Shown here: positions 47,540 to 56,705 of the stretch, piece after piece
Layout: every line of letters starts with the position of its first letter
Position numbering within the stretch: position 1 is the stretch's first letter
Sequence record: PX423614.1
DNA length: 64,000 nt
Reading direction: 5' to 3' (one strand)
From: a phage
The notes under the pieces: model-generated
What the model saw: the letters and a program-made list of their open reading frames with translations, nothing else
Databases searched by the model: none
What the model was told of the DNA's origin: nothing
Program-made: the position numbers and the translations under genes

Positions 47540-47758
47540 TTACTGAAGCATGTTTCTCAGAGCACTAGAATCAGAGTCCGGACAAATAACCACAAGATTA
47601 TTTTGAATTGTACGCTGCTTACATGATGCACTTAACTTCTCAATTGGTGCAGGTTGTGTTACCAGAGGATGCACTGCGTTAACAGGAACAGCCACTGACA
47701 CAGCAAAACCGGTAGCAACACAAGCTAACCCATAACTGATTTGTTTCATCATTTTCAT
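47540..47758 (-). CDS. small secreted protein (72 aa)
   Basis: Signal-peptide-like N-terminus MKMMKQISYGLACVATGFAVSVAVPVNA. Confidence 0.5.
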   Translation of the reverse strand: MKMMKQISYGLACVATGFAVSVAVPVNAVHPLVTQPAPIEKLSASCKQRTIQNNLVVICPDSDSSALRNMLQ

Positions 47759-47852
47759 CTTCGTATCTCCTATGTGTATTCCTTTTGTGATATAGTAGTT
47801 TCATTACTTCTTGAACATACTTACTACTAAAGCCCCCAAAGGGGCTATTAGA

Positions 47853-50042
47853 CTACTTACTAGACTTAAGCTCTGACACCTCTTTCTTAAGATCTTCAAC
47901 CTGCTTCATAAGTTCAAGAATAGCTTCATGGTGCAACGCAGCAGCAACGCCCGTGGTGTTAACTGACTTTACGTTATCCAACACAGATCCGTCTCGCAGA
48001 GTGACTGGTGAAGCCTTTGTTTCTGATACAGCTTCAGGAAAATCCTTCTCTACGTCCTGTGCGATGAATCCGTACCCTGTTGAGCCATTGGTTTCCAGAA
48101 CCCATGAAACCCCCTTGATATTCTTCATCTTAGAGAGTGGGTCACTGATGCGCTCAATATTGCTTTTAACTCGTTCATCAGATGTACTTCTCCATTCTTG
48201 GCATCTTGCTATACCATCAGATCCAAATAAGTATGAGGCACTGCTACCAAGCCCATCATAGACGTTAATCTGCACGCGGTCCAATGCTGTTGTGCCACTT
48301 CTGACTCCGCCAAGTAACCAATTCCCGTCATACCAGTCGCCGCCAACGGAGTTTATATAACCTCCTTCCGGCACATTCGCGTAGTTTATCATCCTGATGG
48401 CGTTTCTTTCTGAAGCTGCGACCCCAACAGAGTTTAATGGTTGTACAATGACATCATTCGGTCTGACGTATGCGTCAATATGTAATGCGCCATCAGGCCG
48501 TAGTGTGCCAATCTGAGTCTCTGCGCTTGGGAAGTACAAAGTACCAGCTTGGTTGAATGACCATTCTTGCACCCCATTGGATACCACAGCGCCTTGTTCA
48601 GATGCCAACCCACCAATTCTCCCATATGCCTGAAGATATGCTTGATACCTTAGGCTTGTACCAATCTTATATTCAGATTTGACACTACCACCCCTGACAA
48701 CCGTTCCGGATGCAGGTTCTGTCGAGTCACTATTAATAACAGACCAAGAAGTATTAGCAGCAGTAAATCCACCGTGTGCACGGATAGTCCAAACACCAAT
48801 AAAGTTACGAGGTATGGCATTTGCAGTAATACCGTATCTACCATATGTTAGATCAGATTGACTTGCATCAAATCTAATATTAGTATACAGCCCGGCACCA
48901 CCAGAAACAGGCCACACACCTTGAGTTGAAGTTGTAGAGGTAAAAGCTCCATCAGTAGCTACTTGACCTTGAGAACTAGCTGCGGTAAGAAGAGTATGGG
49001 CAGTGTAGGCAACAATGTTAGGCAGTGCAGCATCATAAGCCAACCCATTATTAACAGAGTATCCTCCATCACCACGAGCAAACAATTCTTTAAGAGAGCC
49101 AGCCTGAACACCATTTCGGTCAGGCACACGGAAGGTTGTCGTACCGTTCCCTGTAGAGTATTTCCCTCTTTGCTGAGCATCAGCCAACCAAGCAGAATCG
49201 CTAATAGGTGTTAGTAATTGAGCATAAGCCCATAGGTCTGGATAGTCAGCACGATTGAGAAGCTGCCCGTCTGAAGGTACTTCAAAAGCTGGGATGAAAG
49301 CACGACTGTCACGTAGGTGAAAATCACCAATACCAAAGTTAGAAATACCACTCATGGTAGGACCACCAGAACCACCACCACTATTACGAAGCTGTCTCAG
49401 TGTCACTGCATCATAATCACCAACTGCATCAGGGACAGTTACTGGTTGAGTGAAAGTAACTTTCTGTGTGAGCTGTTTGATATCAGAGTTAATACCAGTA
49501 CGAGTTACACCAATGGTACGCCCTTTGGAATCTTTGACGTAGGAACCAATTGAAGCGAAAGGTAAATCCTCAACTTCTGGGCGATATCTTTTGGAGTATA
49601 CCGGGTATTTAGTTTCGACTCCAGAATCGTTCTGATCAACAACCTGAAGACGACCAGCAGAATGAATCTCAACCCCCTGAACAGAAGAAGCATAACTTCC
49701 AAGTTTGATGGTGTTCTCAGGGGTGACTTTAATCATATCTACCGATTCAACACCATTACCACCGCCAGAGCGAATAGGTGTGTCATTATTAACAAAGGGG
49801 TCATCTTTAAAAAGAGCATTTGTCATAATGGGATTGATAGCGTCGGTTACATATTGCTTAGTAGCCCCTTCTGCTTTCGTTTGATAGGTTGCTTCAGCGT
49901 CAGACTTCTGAAGATATTTTTCTGTTAAGTTGATAGCACCAGCGGCCCCATCTACAGTAGATACACCCACAACTGCGGCATCTCTAGTAACTACCACGTG
50001 AGGCATCATTATCCCAGATTTGGGCATTAATTCTCTAGACAT
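47853..50042 (-). CDS. tail fibre/tailspike with C-terminal intramolecular chaperone (peptidase S74-like) domain
   Basis: C-terminal DERVKSNIERISDPLSKMKNIKGVSWVLE...GFIAQDVEKDFPEAV resembles the autoproteolytic chaperone domain of endosialidase-type fibres. Confidence 0.65.
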   Translation of the reverse strand: MSRELMPKSGIMMPHVVVTRDAAVVGVSTVDGAAGAINLTEKYLQKSDAEATYQTKAEGATKQYVTDAINPIMTNALFKDDPFVNNDTPIRSGGGNGVESVDMIKVTPENTIKLGSYASSVQGVEIHSAGRLQVVDQNDSGVETKYPVYSKRYRPEVEDLPFASIGSYVKDSKGRTIGVTRTGINSDIKQLTQKVTFTQPVTVPDAVGDYDAVTLRQLRNSGGGSGGPTMSGISNFGIGDFHLRDSRAFIPAFEVPSDGQLLNRADYPDLWAYAQLLTPISDSAWLADAQQRGKYSTGNGTTTFRVPDRNGVQAGSLKELFARGDGGYSVNNGLAYDAALPNIVAYTAHTLLTAASSQGQVATDGAFTSTTSTQGVWPVSGGAGLYTNIRFDASQSDLTYGRYGITANAIPRNFIGVWTIRAHGGFTAANTSWSVINSDSTEPASGTVVRGGSVKSEYKIGTSLRYQAYLQAYGRIGGLASEQGAVVSNGVQEWSFNQAGTLYFPSAETQIGTLRPDGALHIDAYVRPNDVIVQPLNSVGVAASERNAIRMINYANVPEGGYINSVGGDWYDGNWLLGGVRSGTTALDRVQINVYDGLGSSASYLFGSDGIARCQEWRSTSDERVKSNIERISDPLSKMKNIKGVSWVLETNGSTGYGFIAQDVEKDFPEAVSETKASPVTLRDGSVLDNVKSVNTTGVAAALHHEAILELMKQVEDLKKEVSELKSSK

Positions 50043-50082
50043 TTAAATCTCCTTAAAGCTCCCCGAAGGGAGCATTGTTAAA

Positions 50083-52641
50083 TTACTCAGAAGGCATTTC
50101 AACACGAACTGAAATAAAAGCATCACTCGGGATATCAATAGGATCGCCGTCAGAGAAACCTTCTATCTCATTTCTAGCAAAAACCGGAGAGGTTGGATGG
50201 GTTCTGTGATAGGTTTTAACTAAAATAGAACCATCTTCTTTAATCTCATAGTCCAACCAAATCCTAGGTTGTTTGTTGCGGTCAGTAGGAATTTCAAAGC
50301 CGCCGTCAATGCCTCCCCATTTTGCATCTGCGTTTAAGCCAAGGCAACCGGTAATCAAGTACTCACCAACACTTTGCCGAATGACATTAACCCCCTCAGA
50401 TTCCTCGTTCGTCTCATATCGACCGTTGGAGTAAATATGAACTACCGGAGATGCCGCTTTGATAAATCCGTTTACATCAACAGTGGTGTTTTTGTTTGTA
50501 AAACAATGGACATATTTTGTTGTTCCGTCTGCAATCCTTATTGCGTAAGTTATACGACCATAGTCTGAGGCTTCGCCATTAGACCCTGCATATGATACAC
50601 CGTGGGCAACCCAGAAGTTAGTATCCTCTGGCTGCATATACCAGTAGCAGTTAAACATGTCTAAAGTAAACAGTCCATTCCCGGAGGCATGTTGGACGCG
50701 ATTACCAGAACCACCCACACCTGTGTTTGATGGAGTGGTACTTAGCGCTCCAATATTGAACCTTGCACCAGCAGCATCCCCAGCACCTGTCCCACCGTTA
50801 GCAATAGGGACGTTATCTAGAGTAGAAACACTCCCGAGACCTAAGTTGGAACGAGCACCAGCAGCAGTAGTTGCTCCAGTACCTCCATTAGCTACGGGTA
50901 TATTGTTTAGCGTGGACACTGAACCCAAACCGAGATTGCTTCGTGCACCAGCAGCATCCTTAGCTCCCGTACCCCCTTGAGGAATACCAAGAGCAATAAA
51001 ACCGCCATCTGTTACGTTCTGGCACCCCCAAGAACCACCAGTGTTGTCAACATAAACACGACGGGCATAATCAGGAGAATATATCAAAGTCTGCGAATTG
51101 TCTTGTTGAAATCTTTCAAGATTCAGGTTTGCCCTAGCTTCAGATGGGGTTTTCCCTCCTGTACCGCCTTGAGCGATAGAGAGAGCTGTAGTGAGTCCTG
51201 TCAGGGATGTTATATCAGAGTTTGCACCAGAAGAAGCTGCTCCCAAGATAGATCTGGAGATGTTCACATTACCAGTAATATCATCAGGAGCTTGGTTATT
51301 TACAGTAACAACATAAGGTTTCTGAGCCTGTACAGACCCATTGTACTGAGAGTCTTTATCAGAATCTGGTGCTCTTATTGCCTCCCCTCCAGTCCAATCA
51401 GGGAGTCGAATGTTGATAAAATTAGTAGAATCCGCATCGGTAATACCGTCTGCTAACTTACCCCAAGAGAAGTACTGTTTAGCCCCCGCTTGCCATTCAG
51501 TTTCTGAAACAACAGGGAGCTGTCCGCTGACAAGGGATGGGCCTAAATCTGAAGCAGATTCTTTTGATACCAGACGACCATCAGCAGGAAGAACTCCTGG
51601 GTAGGAGATATTCTTAGATGGATCGTAAGGGAACATTACCATTTCACCAAGATACAAAGACGGGTTACCTGTTGGAATCGTGATATCGATATTACCGCTT
51701 GAGTCTGGAGAACGAGAGTTAACGGTAAGGATTCTACCTTCAGTTTTAACAGGAGTTAGTGTTTTATTAGCAGCAACAGTATAGAACTCATACTTAGTAG
51801 CTTCCCAAACCAAAACCTTCTCACCAACTTGACGGTATTGAGCATCAGCATCAGCTTCTGCTTTTGATTGGTAGGTCTTGGTAGTTTTGTCAAACTTGTC
51901 ATTAATCTCTTGACGGCTATATTGAGCAACGTTCAGAACATTTCCTAAACCTACCGTCTCTTTGTTAAGTGTTAGAGCAACCTCTCCATCAAGAGCTGGA
52001 CCACCGTTAACAGAAACAGAACGAACAGACGGAATCAAGTTAGCAATGTTCTCTAGGGTAGTTTTGTGGACGGTATTGTCATCTTTGTCAACATAGAAAC
52101 CTAAATCCCCAAGCTCTGGAGTCCCAGAAGATACAGTTGACAGATCTGTTACAGAGCCATCTGCACCTTTTTCACCCTCAGGAATTCCCAGCTTAATCTC
52201 ACCAGTTTGGTTATCAAAAGAGCCAGTAGCTTGAGAACCCGGAGGCAGAGTAGTGACAGTAACCTTCATATCCATTAGAATATCCAATTGCTTCTGGACT
52301 TCTACAATCTTTTGATCAATAAGTGCAACTGAGTTATTGGCATCTGCAACAGCAGCATTTGTTTGAGCAATCAAATTCATTAAGCGAATGTCTTGAGCAG
52401 CAAAATCCTGCTTCAGGTCTTCAATATCTTCTCGGAGTAAAACACCTTGTTGGTATAAACGCTCCACCTGTGCAATCAGGTCATCAATTGTCCCAAATTT
52501 AGATTCTGCTAAAAGTGCCCAATATTTAGAATCAGCAGCATATTCCGCTGCTTGTTTATAGGCTCCAATAGAACCTTCTGTAGCACCAAACTGACCAACA
52601 TTATTAGGATTAGCTGGTGCTTGGCTGTTATAAACGATCAT
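50083..52641 (-). CDS. tail fibre protein with internal tandem repeats (852 aa)
   Basis: Repeated ARSNLGLGSVSTL-N-P-ANGGTGA units; Gly/Thr/Asn-rich. Confidence 0.65.
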   Translation of the reverse strand: MIVYNSQAPANPNNVGQFGATEGSIGAYKQAAEYAADSKYWALLAESKFGTIDDLIAQVERLYQQGVLLREDIEDLKQDFAAQDIRLMNLIAQTNAAVADANNSVALIDQKIVEVQKQLDILMDMKVTVTTLPPGSQATGSFDNQTGEIKLGIPEGEKGADGSVTDLSTVSSGTPELGDLGFYVDKDDNTVHKTTLENIANLIPSVRSVSVNGGPALDGEVALTLNKETVGLGNVLNVAQYSRQEINDKFDKTTKTYQSKAEADADAQYRQVGEKVLVWEATKYEFYTVAANKTLTPVKTEGRILTVNSRSPDSSGNIDITIPTGNPSLYLGEMVMFPYDPSKNISYPGVLPADGRLVSKESASDLGPSLVSGQLPVVSETEWQAGAKQYFSWGKLADGITDADSTNFINIRLPDWTGGEAIRAPDSDKDSQYNGSVQAQKPYVVTVNNQAPDDITGNVNISRSILGAASSGANSDITSLTGLTTALSIAQGGTGGKTPSEARANLNLERFQQDNSQTLIYSPDYARRVYVDNTGGSWGCQNVTDGGFIALGIPQGGTGAKDAAGARSNLGLGSVSTLNNIPVANGGTGATTAAGARSNLGLGSVSTLDNVPIANGGTGAGDAAGARFNIGALSTTPSNTGVGGSGNRVQHASGNGLFTLDMFNCYWYMQPEDTNFWVAHGVSYAGSNGEASDYGRITYAIRIADGTTKYVHCFTNKNTTVDVNGFIKAASPVVHIYSNGRYETNEESEGVNVIRQSVGEYLITGCLGLNADAKWGGIDGGFEIPTDRNKQPRIWLDYEIKEDGSILVKTYHRTHPTSPVFARNEIEGFSDGDPIDIPSDAFISVRVEMPSE

Positions 52642-52650
52642 AATCTCTCC

Positions 52651-53394
52651 TTAACTGTAGTGTTTGATTCCATACAACTCACGAGAGCTGTGAAGACGGT
52701 CAATAGTTCTAGGAATAACTAGAGGAGAGCCTGAGTATTCAGCTTTCTTACTCTGTTCAACTACCTCATCTAGAATAGCTTTCCCTAAAGCAGACCATTT
52801 CTGAACCCCATTATCATCTTGGACAAATAAGCTTGCATGACGTAATGTGAAATATAGAAGAAGCTCTGGAGCTATTGTTAAAATTGCACTTGTATCAGAA
52901 TCCTCATGAAACTCCGGAGGGTCTGCATAATAGCTAAGAATTACCGAATTCTCCGCTGGAATAAGAGGGCTTCCATCATCAGGATAGACCGGAGTGTCAG
53001 CGTTGATAGCTGGGTAGAACAGGAACCGACTTCCCAACCTAGTAAAACTCACTTCTCCCTGATTCCAGTTAGTTGGGTTTACTGAGTTATTTCTTTTCAG
53101 CCAATCTAACTCTTCTGGAGAAGTCACTCGGAACATATGTCCATTGCTTGCTCTCATCATCCATTGAGCTTCTAAATAGTCTGGTGGAATAAAAGCCACA
53201 CCATCTTTAATATCTAAGTATACTTCTTTTTCCAGAGGAGGAATTCGTAAGTTACGATAGATTTCTTTCTCTGCAAAGTTAATAAAGTTTGGAATCTGAT
53301 TAACAAATTCATCATCATCCCTGTCAGCCCAGAGGGACACAGCTTTCTTGAGCCATCCGTAGGTATTGATGGGATATTGGACGTCAGGCATCAT
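52651..53394 (-). CDS. virion structural protein (247 aa)
   Basis: ORF track; between HNH gene and fibre. Confidence 0.5.
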   Translation of the reverse strand: MMPDVQYPINTYGWLKKAVSLWADRDDDEFVNQIPNFINFAEKEIYRNLRIPPLEKEVYLDIKDGVAFIPPDYLEAQWMMRASNGHMFRVTSPEELDWLKRNNSVNPTNWNQGEVSFTRLGSRFLFYPAINADTPVYPDDGSPLIPAENSVILSYYADPPEFHEDSDTSAILTIAPELLLYFTLRHASLFVQDDNGVQKWSALGKAILDEVVEQSKKAEYSGSPLVIPRTIDRLHSSRELYGIKHYS

Positions 53395-53896
53395 AATAAA
53401 CCTCCTTCCAGTTTACGCCTTTAGTAATGAGAGATATTGTGCTTTTAGAGACCCTAAATTTTCTAGCTAAGGCTCTAGCTCCAAACTCTCTATCTCTCGG
53501 TTTGTAGTTCTCCAAACAAAAGAGAACTTGCTCTTTAGTGAGTTTGGAATTAGGGTTATCCTCAAGATTCCTTGGTGTTGAGAGTTTTGTTTCATAAGCA
53601 TGTACACAGTTTTCTTGTTGAGTACACCACTCTAAATTCTCAATCCTGTTGTCATCTTTTATTCCATTCTTATGGTTGATATACTCCTTCCCTTCTACTT
53701 TAGGAAGAAAGAGTTCAGCTATGACTCTATGCTCTAGGTAAGATTTCTTCTTGAAGGTTAACACACGATACCCCTTACTGTTAATACATCCAGCACGTTG
53801 ACCTTTCTGTTTATTGAATATGTTACTCATAGACCAGAAAAGATACCCTGTATTTGGGTCATATGTAAAAGCTCCTCTGAAATCTGGCATTGCCAT
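53384..53896 (-). CDS. HNH homing endonuclease, free-standing in the late operon
   Basis: YINHKNGIKDDNRIENLEWCTQQEN HNH motif. Confidence 0.65.
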   Translation of the reverse strand: MAMPDFRGAFTYDPNTGYLFWSMSNIFNKQKGQRAGCINSKGYRVLTFKKKSYLEHRVIAELFLPKVEGKEYINHKNGIKDDNRIENLEWCTQQENCVHAYETKLSTPRNLEDNPNSKLTKEQVLFCLENYKPRDREFGARALARKFRVSKSTISLITKGVNWKEVYYDA

Positions 53897-53959
53897 AACT
53901 TGTCCTCCTAGTTGTGTATAGACAAAGAGAATACATTACATATCTCCTTATAAGGGTCT

Positions 53960-53990
53960 TAAAATGAGAAAAGGCCACCCGAAGGCAGCC
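53960..53990 (-). terminator. hairpin with UUCG tetraloop plus T-tract (on - strand)
   Basis: - strand GGCUGCC-UUCG-GGUGGCC (two wobble pairs) followed by UUUUCUCAUUUU; directly 3' of the Ig-like ORF stop. Confidence 0.5.
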
Positions 53991-53996
53991 TTAGTT

Positions 53997-55628
53997 TTAA
54001 GCACCAGATTTAACGGTGTAGGTTTTGAACACTGTAGAACCTGGGTCAGTTCTCAGGGTTACTTTAGTATCTTCACTAGTGATAGCACCAGAGAGCGTAA
54101 TTGTTAAAGCATCACCAGAAATGGTAATACTCAATTTGTCTGCATCTGTGCCTTCTACATCATATACGATAGTTCCTAGTGGAGCACCTTGAGGAACAGA
54201 AGCTATGTTAAAAACTCCTGGTTGGCTTGGGTCTGAGATTGTCAAAGTATCACCAGCTACTGACCCATCAGACACTGCTGAAACAACTAAACCAGTAAGT
54301 TTAGGTATTACGTCTTCTATGGTAGAAGTTGCAGTTACTGAAGTCTGGGTTTTATGAGTAGCCTTAACAGTTACATTGTCATTCGCTGTATCTGACAAGG
54401 TTAACAAGCCAGAGGTAGCATTAACAGAACCGGCAGCAGTTGGAGTTACTACGAAATTATAGTTAGTAGCTGCGGAGTTAGTAACAGTAAACATTTCAGC
54501 AAACGTTACTGTACCTCCTGCGGATTTACCACCTACTATCTTGCCTGTAATTGTAGCTTTTGGCGATACACCTGTCAAATTGAACGTAGCAGTGACAGTT
54601 GTTTTAATTTTATGAGTAGCTTTGATACTCACATCACCAGTAGCTGTATCAGCCAGAGTTAACAACCCAGAAGCATTAACGGAACCAGCAGCTGTCGGAG
54701 TAACAACGAAGTTGTAGTCAGATGCCGCAGAGTTGGTTACTGTAAACATGTCAGCAAACGCAACCGTATCACCGCCTATCTTACCAGCAACAGCAGCTTT
54801 AGCTACGACAGTTGGAAGAGGAGTTACACCATTAATACTAGCAGTTGCAGTAATAGAAGTTACCGTCTTGTGAGTAGCTTTAACAGTTACGTTACCACTA
54901 GCTGTACCAGCTAAAGTGAGCTGACCAGCAGCATTCACTGTACCGGCAGCAGTAGGGGTTACTACAAAATTATAGTCACTAGCAGCTGAGCGTTGAACAG
55001 TAAACATATCTGTAAAAGCGACACTGTCTCCACCAGATTTTCCAGTAATAGCAGCTTTAGCCGCGATAGTTGGAGGCTGAGGGTTGACAACAACGTTAAT
55101 CACTTTAGTGACAGAAGGTTTAGTAGAAGATTTAACTGTAAGAGTAGTACTACCTGCTGCAACAGCAGTTACACGACCAGCAGTTGTTACCGTAGCCTTA
55201 GTCGGATCTGCAATTTCCCAAGTAACACCTTGAGGTGCACCAGCAGGAGATACAGAAGCAGTCAGATTGGTAGCATCTGGAACAGTTATGGTAAGAGTAT
55301 CACCAGTTAGACCACCACCAGTTACAGCAATGGAAGCTGGGTCAGGGATTGGAGCTTTAATTTCCGAGATAACGGCAGTACCTGATACATCTTTAAGAGT
55401 AGCAGTCACTGTAATATCAGCGGTTTGAGGCGAACCCGGAGCAGTGAACAGTCCAGAAACAGAAATGGCCCCACCACCGGCTACTGACCAATCGAAGCCT
55501 GTAGTAGATGTGGAGCCATCGCTTAGTTCTGCTTCAGCTGTAAACTGTTGGGTAGCCCCGGTCAGCAGACTAGCCACTGACGCGGGACTAACAGTTACGC
55601 TGTCAACTGTTACGCCTCCACCTTTCCC
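53997..55628 (-). CDS. Ig-like (Big_2-type) repeat extension, predicted to be expressed as a -1 frameshift fusion to the major capsid protein
   Basis: ~540 codons open in the -1 frame relative to the capsid gene, no plausible own start/RBS; tandem repeats of VTPTAAGSVNA...VKATHKT; slippery G GGA AAG at capsid codons 346-348. Confidence 0.55.
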   Translation of the reverse strand, partial: GKGGGVTVDSVTVSPASVASLLTGATQQFTAEAELSDGSTSTTGFDWSVAGGGAISVSGLFTAPGSPQTADITVTATLKDVSGTAVISEIKAPIPDPASIAVTGGGLTGDTLTITVPDATNLTASVSPAGAPQGVTWEIADPTKATVTTAGRVTAVAAGSTTLTVKSSTKPSVTKVINVVVNPQPPTIAAKAAITGKSGGDSVAFTDMFTVQRSAASDYNFVVTPTAAGTVNAAGQLTLAGTASGNVTVKATHKTVTSITATASINGVTPLPTVVAKAAVAGKIGGDTVAFADMFTVTNSAASDYNFVVTPTAAGSVNASGLLTLADTATGDVSIKATHKIKTTVTATFNLTGVSPKATITGKIVGGKSAGGTVTFAEMFTVTNSAATNYNFVVTPTAAGSVNATSGLLTLSDTANDNVTVKATHKTQTSVTATSTIEDVIPKLTGLVVSAVSDGSVAGDTLTISDPSQPGVFNIASVPQGAPLGTIVYDVEGTDADKLSITISGDALTITLSGAITSEDTKVTLRTDPGSTVFKTYTVKSGA

Positions 55629-56665
55629 GCAGCGGTGAACAATACACCAGAAGCATATGGGTTGCGGTGACGCAGACCAACTTCCATTTCGATCATCCAT
55701 TTCTCGTAAGAACCATCTTTCGCCAGTTCAGTACGTTTCGGAGCACGAAGAACCATCTGAGTCCAGTCAGAGCTGCGGAAGAAGTAAACTGCATCAGCAG
55801 GCATCCAACGGTTAACGATGATTTTATAGCTCTGACCCAGCGGGTCAGTGATGCTGTTAACTTCATAGATGAACTGTTTGGTGTTCTCAAAGATACGCTG
55901 ACGAGAACCAACAGAGTTTTCCTGAAGCTTAGCAAAGATGCTAGCGTGAGCAGGGTTAATCATGATGATGTCTGCTTCAGAACCGGCGGTATACAGTTGC
56001 AGAGTCATATCAAAGATATCAGCTTCATCAAAACCGATGTTCGTAGTCGGGTTAGAAGCATTCTGTGCAACTTTAACAGTTACTGCACCAGTATCTGGGT
56101 CAGCAGGACCATCTTCTTTCTTAACAACACCACCAGCAACACCGTTGTGTGCACACAGGAACTGGAAAGCACCAGTCTTACGAGCAGCTGAGGTGTCATT
56201 CTGACCTACAACAGCAGGATCAGTTGCAGAGTTGGTCAGATACTGGTCTGCCAGAATATCGGTACGAGCCTGACCGGACAGCAAGATTTTCTCGAGGTCA
56301 CGTTTAATCTCTTTACCTTTCTTCTCCAGCTGATACATCAGTTCACGACCACGACCGTAGTTAGCGGTGGTGTTAGCAGTATCAGAAACACGAACAACTT
56401 TACGCAGGATCTGAGTAACGTTGGACTTGATTACAGTCGGTTTCATTTCGCCGTCTTCAGCACGAGAGCCTTCGACGTGGGCGTTGTTAGCATCTACGCT
56501 CGCCAGAGCATCGGTCTGCCAGCTGAAAATAGTCTGATTGATAGACTCTTTACCAGTCATAGACACAAACGGAGTGTCTTGCGGAGACAGGACAGAAATC
56601 CAGTTAGCAAAAGAAAGTTTTTTACCATTCTGGTCGTAAGATACAAATAAAGTTGGATTTGCCAT
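55610..56665 (-). CDS. major capsid protein (351 aa)
   Basis: Directly downstream of acidic scaffold gene; strong RBS; product assigned by operon position, not by recognised motif. Confidence 0.55.
   Translation of the reverse strand: MANPTLFVSYDQNGKKLSFANWISVLSPQDTPFVSMTGKESINQTIFSWQTDALASVDANNAHVEGSRAEDGEMKPTVIKSNVTQILRKVVRVSDTANTTANYGRGRELMYQLEKKGKEIKRDLEKILLSGQARTDILADQYLTNSATDPAVVGQNDTSAARKTGAFQFLCAHNGVAGGVVKKEDGPADPDTGAVTVKVAQNASNPTTNIGFDEADIFDMTLQLYTAGSEADIIMINPAHASIFAKLQENSVGSRQRIFENTKQFIYEVNSITDPLGQSYKIIVNRWMPADAVYFFRSSDWTQMVLRAPKRTELAKDGSYEKWMIEMEVGLRHRNPYASGVLFTAAGKVEA
55622..55628 (-). other. -1 programmed ribosomal frameshift slippery heptamer G GGA AAG
   Basis: On - strand mRNA, GCG GGA AAG GTG GAG GCG TAA in capsid frame; slipping to GGG AAA G enters the Ig-like ORF (…GKGGGVTVDS…). 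Confidence 0.5.
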
Positions 56666-56705
56666 GTTATATTAGCTCCTATACTATTAAAAATAAATTT
56701 GTCGA

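Noticed and set aside
47540-47758. Lipoprotein (o-spanin) call for the small secreted protein next to the lysozyme
   Set aside because: The Cys in GLAC sits inside the hydrophobic core rather than at a lipobox cleavage position, and a VNA signal-peptidase I site follows; more likely an ordinary secreted protein
50083-52641. Diversity-generating retroelement targeting the tail fibre
   Set aside because: Internal repeats are tandem in-frame domain repeats rather than a TR/VR pair, and no reverse transcriptase gene is present
55629-55700. Independent initiation of the Ig-like ORF at the track-listed start (55700)
   Set aside because: That start lies inside the capsid coding region with no RBS, and its N-terminal translation (MDDRNGSWSASPQPICFW...) looks like out-of-frame capsid sequence; the frameshift explanation fits better
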